From: an uncultured Christensenella sp.
GTDB lineage: Bacteria; Bacillota; Clostridia; Christensenellales; Pumilibacteraceae
Direction: 5' to 3'
Length of the DNA: 64,000 nt
Assembly: GCA_910577435.1 (NCBI GenBank)
Contig: CAJTLV010000005.1
Coordinates: 7,080-71,079, forward strand
Below are positions 62,074 to 64,000 of the stretch, one piece after another (the stretch's first letter is position 1; every line of letters starts with the position of its first letter). The position numbers and the translations under genes are program-made. The notes beneath the pieces are model-generated. The model ran no database searches and was not told the origin of the DNA. It saw nothing but the letters and a program-made list of their open reading frames with translations.

Positions 62074-62102
62074 ATTATACAACATCACAGCGCCGAAATC
62101 AA
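62074..62102 (-). promoter_or_regulatory. SigA-type promoter upstream of dnaA
   Basis: Minus strand reads TTGATT, a 17-nt spacer ending TGT, then TATAAT. The -35 element overlaps the rsmI stop codon. Confidence 0.4.
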
Positions 62103-62917
62103 GTTTTTTCTTCGTTTTCTTTCATAGCGACGGCGACCTTATAAACTTCGTTTTTTTGCACGCGTCTGTCCGCCGCAACTTTTTTTACGGCGGTCTTTAC
62201 GTCGTCGCCGCCGTCCGTGTAATGTCGTATATGTTCCTCGACCGACAGCGCGGACAGCGGGTTTCCCTTCGCACCATCCACCACTATGACGAACTCGCCC
62301 TTTTCCACGATTTCGGGCGTTTCGCCCAAAGTGAACCTGGTGACCGTCTCGAACATCTTCGTCATCTCTCGGCATACCGCGACCCGACGCGCGCCGAACA
62401 CATCGAACAGAAATTCCAGATCTTTTTTTATATCGTGTACGGCGCTGTAAAATATAAGCGTCGACGGCACGGAGACAAACGGCTCGACATACCGTCTCCG
62501 GTCGATATTCTTTTCGGGCAGAAAACCCAGCATAGTAAACGACCGCGCGTCGAGACCCGACAACAATAATGCGTTAATCGCCGCGCAAGCGCCGCTCACA
62601 ACGGTAAACTCGACGTCGTTCGCTATCGCCTCGTCGATCAACACGTGACCGGGATCGGAAATGACGGGCATCCCCGCGTCGGACACGACGGCGATATTCT
62701 TTCCCGCTTTAAGCTCCGCGATAAGCCCGTCTACTCCCGCCCGCTCGTTGAACTTATGATACGCGACGGTGCGCGTCTTTATCCCGTAGCGGGATAAAAG
62801 AAGGGCGGTATGCCTAGTGTCTTCGGCGGCGATAAAATCGACGGTACGCAAAACTTCGAGCGCCCGCCCGCTTATCTCGTCGAGATTGCCTATAGGTGTT
62901 GCAACAAAATACAGCAT
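62099..62917 (-). CDS. rsmI: 16S rRNA (cytidine1402-2'-O)-methyltransferase
   Basis: ORF 62099..63037. Real start MLYFVATPIGNLDEIS (62917, TAATG overlap with the upstream stop). Tetrapyrrole-methylase fold motifs. Confidence 0.9.
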   Translation of the reverse strand: MLYFVATPIGNLDEISGRALEVLRTVDFIAAEDTRHTALLLSRYGIKTRTVAYHKFNERAGVDGLIAELKAGKNIAVVSDAGMPVISDPGHVLIDEAIANDVEFTVVSGACAAINALLLSGLDARSFTMLGFLPEKNIDRRRYVEPFVSVPSTLIFYSAVHDIKKDLEFLFDVFGARRVAVCREMTKMFETVTRFTLGETPEIVEKGEFVIVVDGAKGNPLSALSVEEHIRHYTDGGDDVKTAVKKVAADRRVQKNEVYKVAVAMKENEEKT

Positions 62918-63591
62918 TAAAATTTCCTCACGTCGACCGTCATTCCCGCCTTGCCGCCCTTTACGGCGCGCACGAGAAATGTCTTTCCGCTTTCGTTGAT
63001 CGTCATATTTTTGGGCATAAGTCCGCGCTCTCTGCAAGCGGACAACACTTCGTCGAGCCGAGACGATGTATGCACGACGAAAAACTCGCCGCCCTGTTTG
63101 AGCAGTAAACCCGCTCGATCCGCGACGTCACCGAACGTAACCGTCAGTTCGCTCGCAGCCTGCGGATACACGGCGCGAGGTATGCTCCCCGCCTTATAGA
63201 ACGGCGGATTGCAAACAACCGCGTCGAACTTACCGCGTCCGCTTGCAAACGGTTCGCTCTCGCCGTCGCGCACGTCGGCATTGAAAAACTCGACGGCAGT
63301 AAGTCCGTTCATCACCGCAGACCGAACGCTCATATCGCATAGAGTTTTATCGAGTTCCGCGCCGACGACGCTCGCGCCCGTTTCGATCGCGATCTGTATT
63401 CCGACGATACCGCAACCCGAGCAGAGGTCGAAAACACGCTCGTCGCGTCGCACGTACTTCGCCGCGAAATGAGCGAGCGCGACCGCATCCGAGCCGAATC
63501 TATAACAATCCCTGCGCTGAATTATAGCGTGATTGTCGTCCAGCGGTTCGGCGGCTTCGCCTGACCCGATATATTTACCGTATGCGTTCAT
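62917..63591 (-). CDS. class I SAM-dependent methyltransferase, tRNA(adenine-N6)/YabB-like
   Basis: 224 aa. VFDLCSGCGIVGI SAM loop and VVCNPPFYK (NPPF/Y) motif. YabB-YabC(rsmI) adjacency as in B. subtilis. Confidence 0.8.
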   Translation of the reverse strand: MNAYGKYIGSGEAAEPLDDNHAIIQRRDCYRFGSDAVALAHFAAKYVRRDERVFDLCSGCGIVGIQIAIETGASVVGAELDKTLCDMSVRSAVMNGLTAVEFFNADVRDGESEPFASGRGKFDAVVCNPPFYKAGSIPRAVYPQAASELTVTFGDVADRAGLLLKQGGEFFVVHTSSRLDEVLSACRERGLMPKNMTINESGKTFLVRAVKGGKAGMTVDVRKF

Positions 63592-64000
63592 AGACCGCTC
63601 CTGAGCGAAATTACGGCTTGTCGGACTGTACTGTCCGTGACCGCTACGCCGTCGGATATGTTTATTCCTACCGCGACGAGCACTTCGTTGCCGCGCGCAA
63701 CGACGGGAATTCTGTCGCGCAAACGCTTGGGTATTTTCATATCTATAAGATACTGCTTGAACTTTTTCCGCTTGCCGCCGAACGGAGCGAACATATCGCC
63801 GTCGCGTCTGAACCGCAACGTCGCGCCCGATATTTTATCCAAATCGACAACGCCGCCGCGAATGCTTTTGGGATCGGCATTCGAAAGCGCAACGTCTACC
63901 GCGAGCCCGTCTATAAAGTTCGCGCCCGTCTTTAAGGCAAGTTCCGCCCCGCACGGCAGACGCGGAATATACAGCGACACACAGCCGTATTCGCGCGCGG
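63588..64000 (-). CDS. tilS: tRNA(Ile)-lysidine synthetase, C-terminal part (5' end beyond the right edge)
   Basis: The frame is open to the window edge. C-terminal TilS domain pattern LRFRRDGDMFAPFGGKRKKFKQYLIDMKIPKRLRDRIPVVARGNEVLVAVG. Confidence 0.75.
   Translation of the reverse strand, partial: AREYGCVSLYIPRLPCGAELALKTGANFIDGLAVDVALSNADPKSIRGGVVDLDKISGATLRFRRDGDMFAPFGGKRKKFKQYLIDMKIPKRLRDRIPVVARGNEVLVAVGINISDGVAVTDSTVRQAVISLRSGL

Noticed and set aside
1-64000. CRISPR arrays, tRNA or rRNA genes, transposases, integrases and prophage genes.
   Set aside because: I scanned the intergenic regions and the ORF products. I found no regularly spaced direct repeats, no cloverleaf-like or rRNA-like sequences, and no DDE, tyrosine or serine recombinase motifs.

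Overview
The window looks like an origin-proximal chromosomal segment of a fairly GC-rich, spore-forming Firmicute, probably Clostridia. Evidence is spoIIID, a SpoVB/MurJ-type flippase, ricT-holB-tmk, glmU-prs, rpsF-ssb-rpsR, dnaA, rsmI and tilS. About 60 protein genes are packed tightly and almost all are on the minus strand. Recognisable blocks are: adhE (partial); a gal cluster with two tandem type-2 GalT paralogues; ileS, asnS, serS and lysS; two ABC-2 exporter pairs, one with a TetR repressor and a perfect operator palindrome; a DUF1538 plus two PII-like gene module; a glycerol operon whose glpK is broken by an internal deletion; a long Bacillus-type SRP RNA (ffs); a clostridial 2x[4Fe-4S] ferredoxin missed by the ORF track; and a 1295-aa BspA-type LRR lipoprotein with 363-nt tandem repeats. 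No rRNA, tRNA, CRISPR array, transposase or integrase was seen. The best candidate for an undescribed system is a translationally coupled pair next to ffs at 34.6-37.1 kb: a TIR-domain protein with a DUF5919/PLD-like C-terminal domain, followed by an inositol-monophosphatase-family/HAD phosphatase fusion. Other leads are: two homologous ~140-nt structured intergenic elements with compensatory stem changes, one coupled to a terminator/antiterminator ahead of an ABC-F gene; a consensus promoter driving a ~170-nt structured RNA with a G11 tract upstream of the LRR gene; a glmU homologue with a degenerate uridyltransferase domain; a GreA with a ~95-aa insertion; and a dnaA in atypical context. All calls come from reading the sequence and ORF track by eye. 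Non-coding coordinates are good to a few nt, and family assignments are from memory of motifs, not searches.
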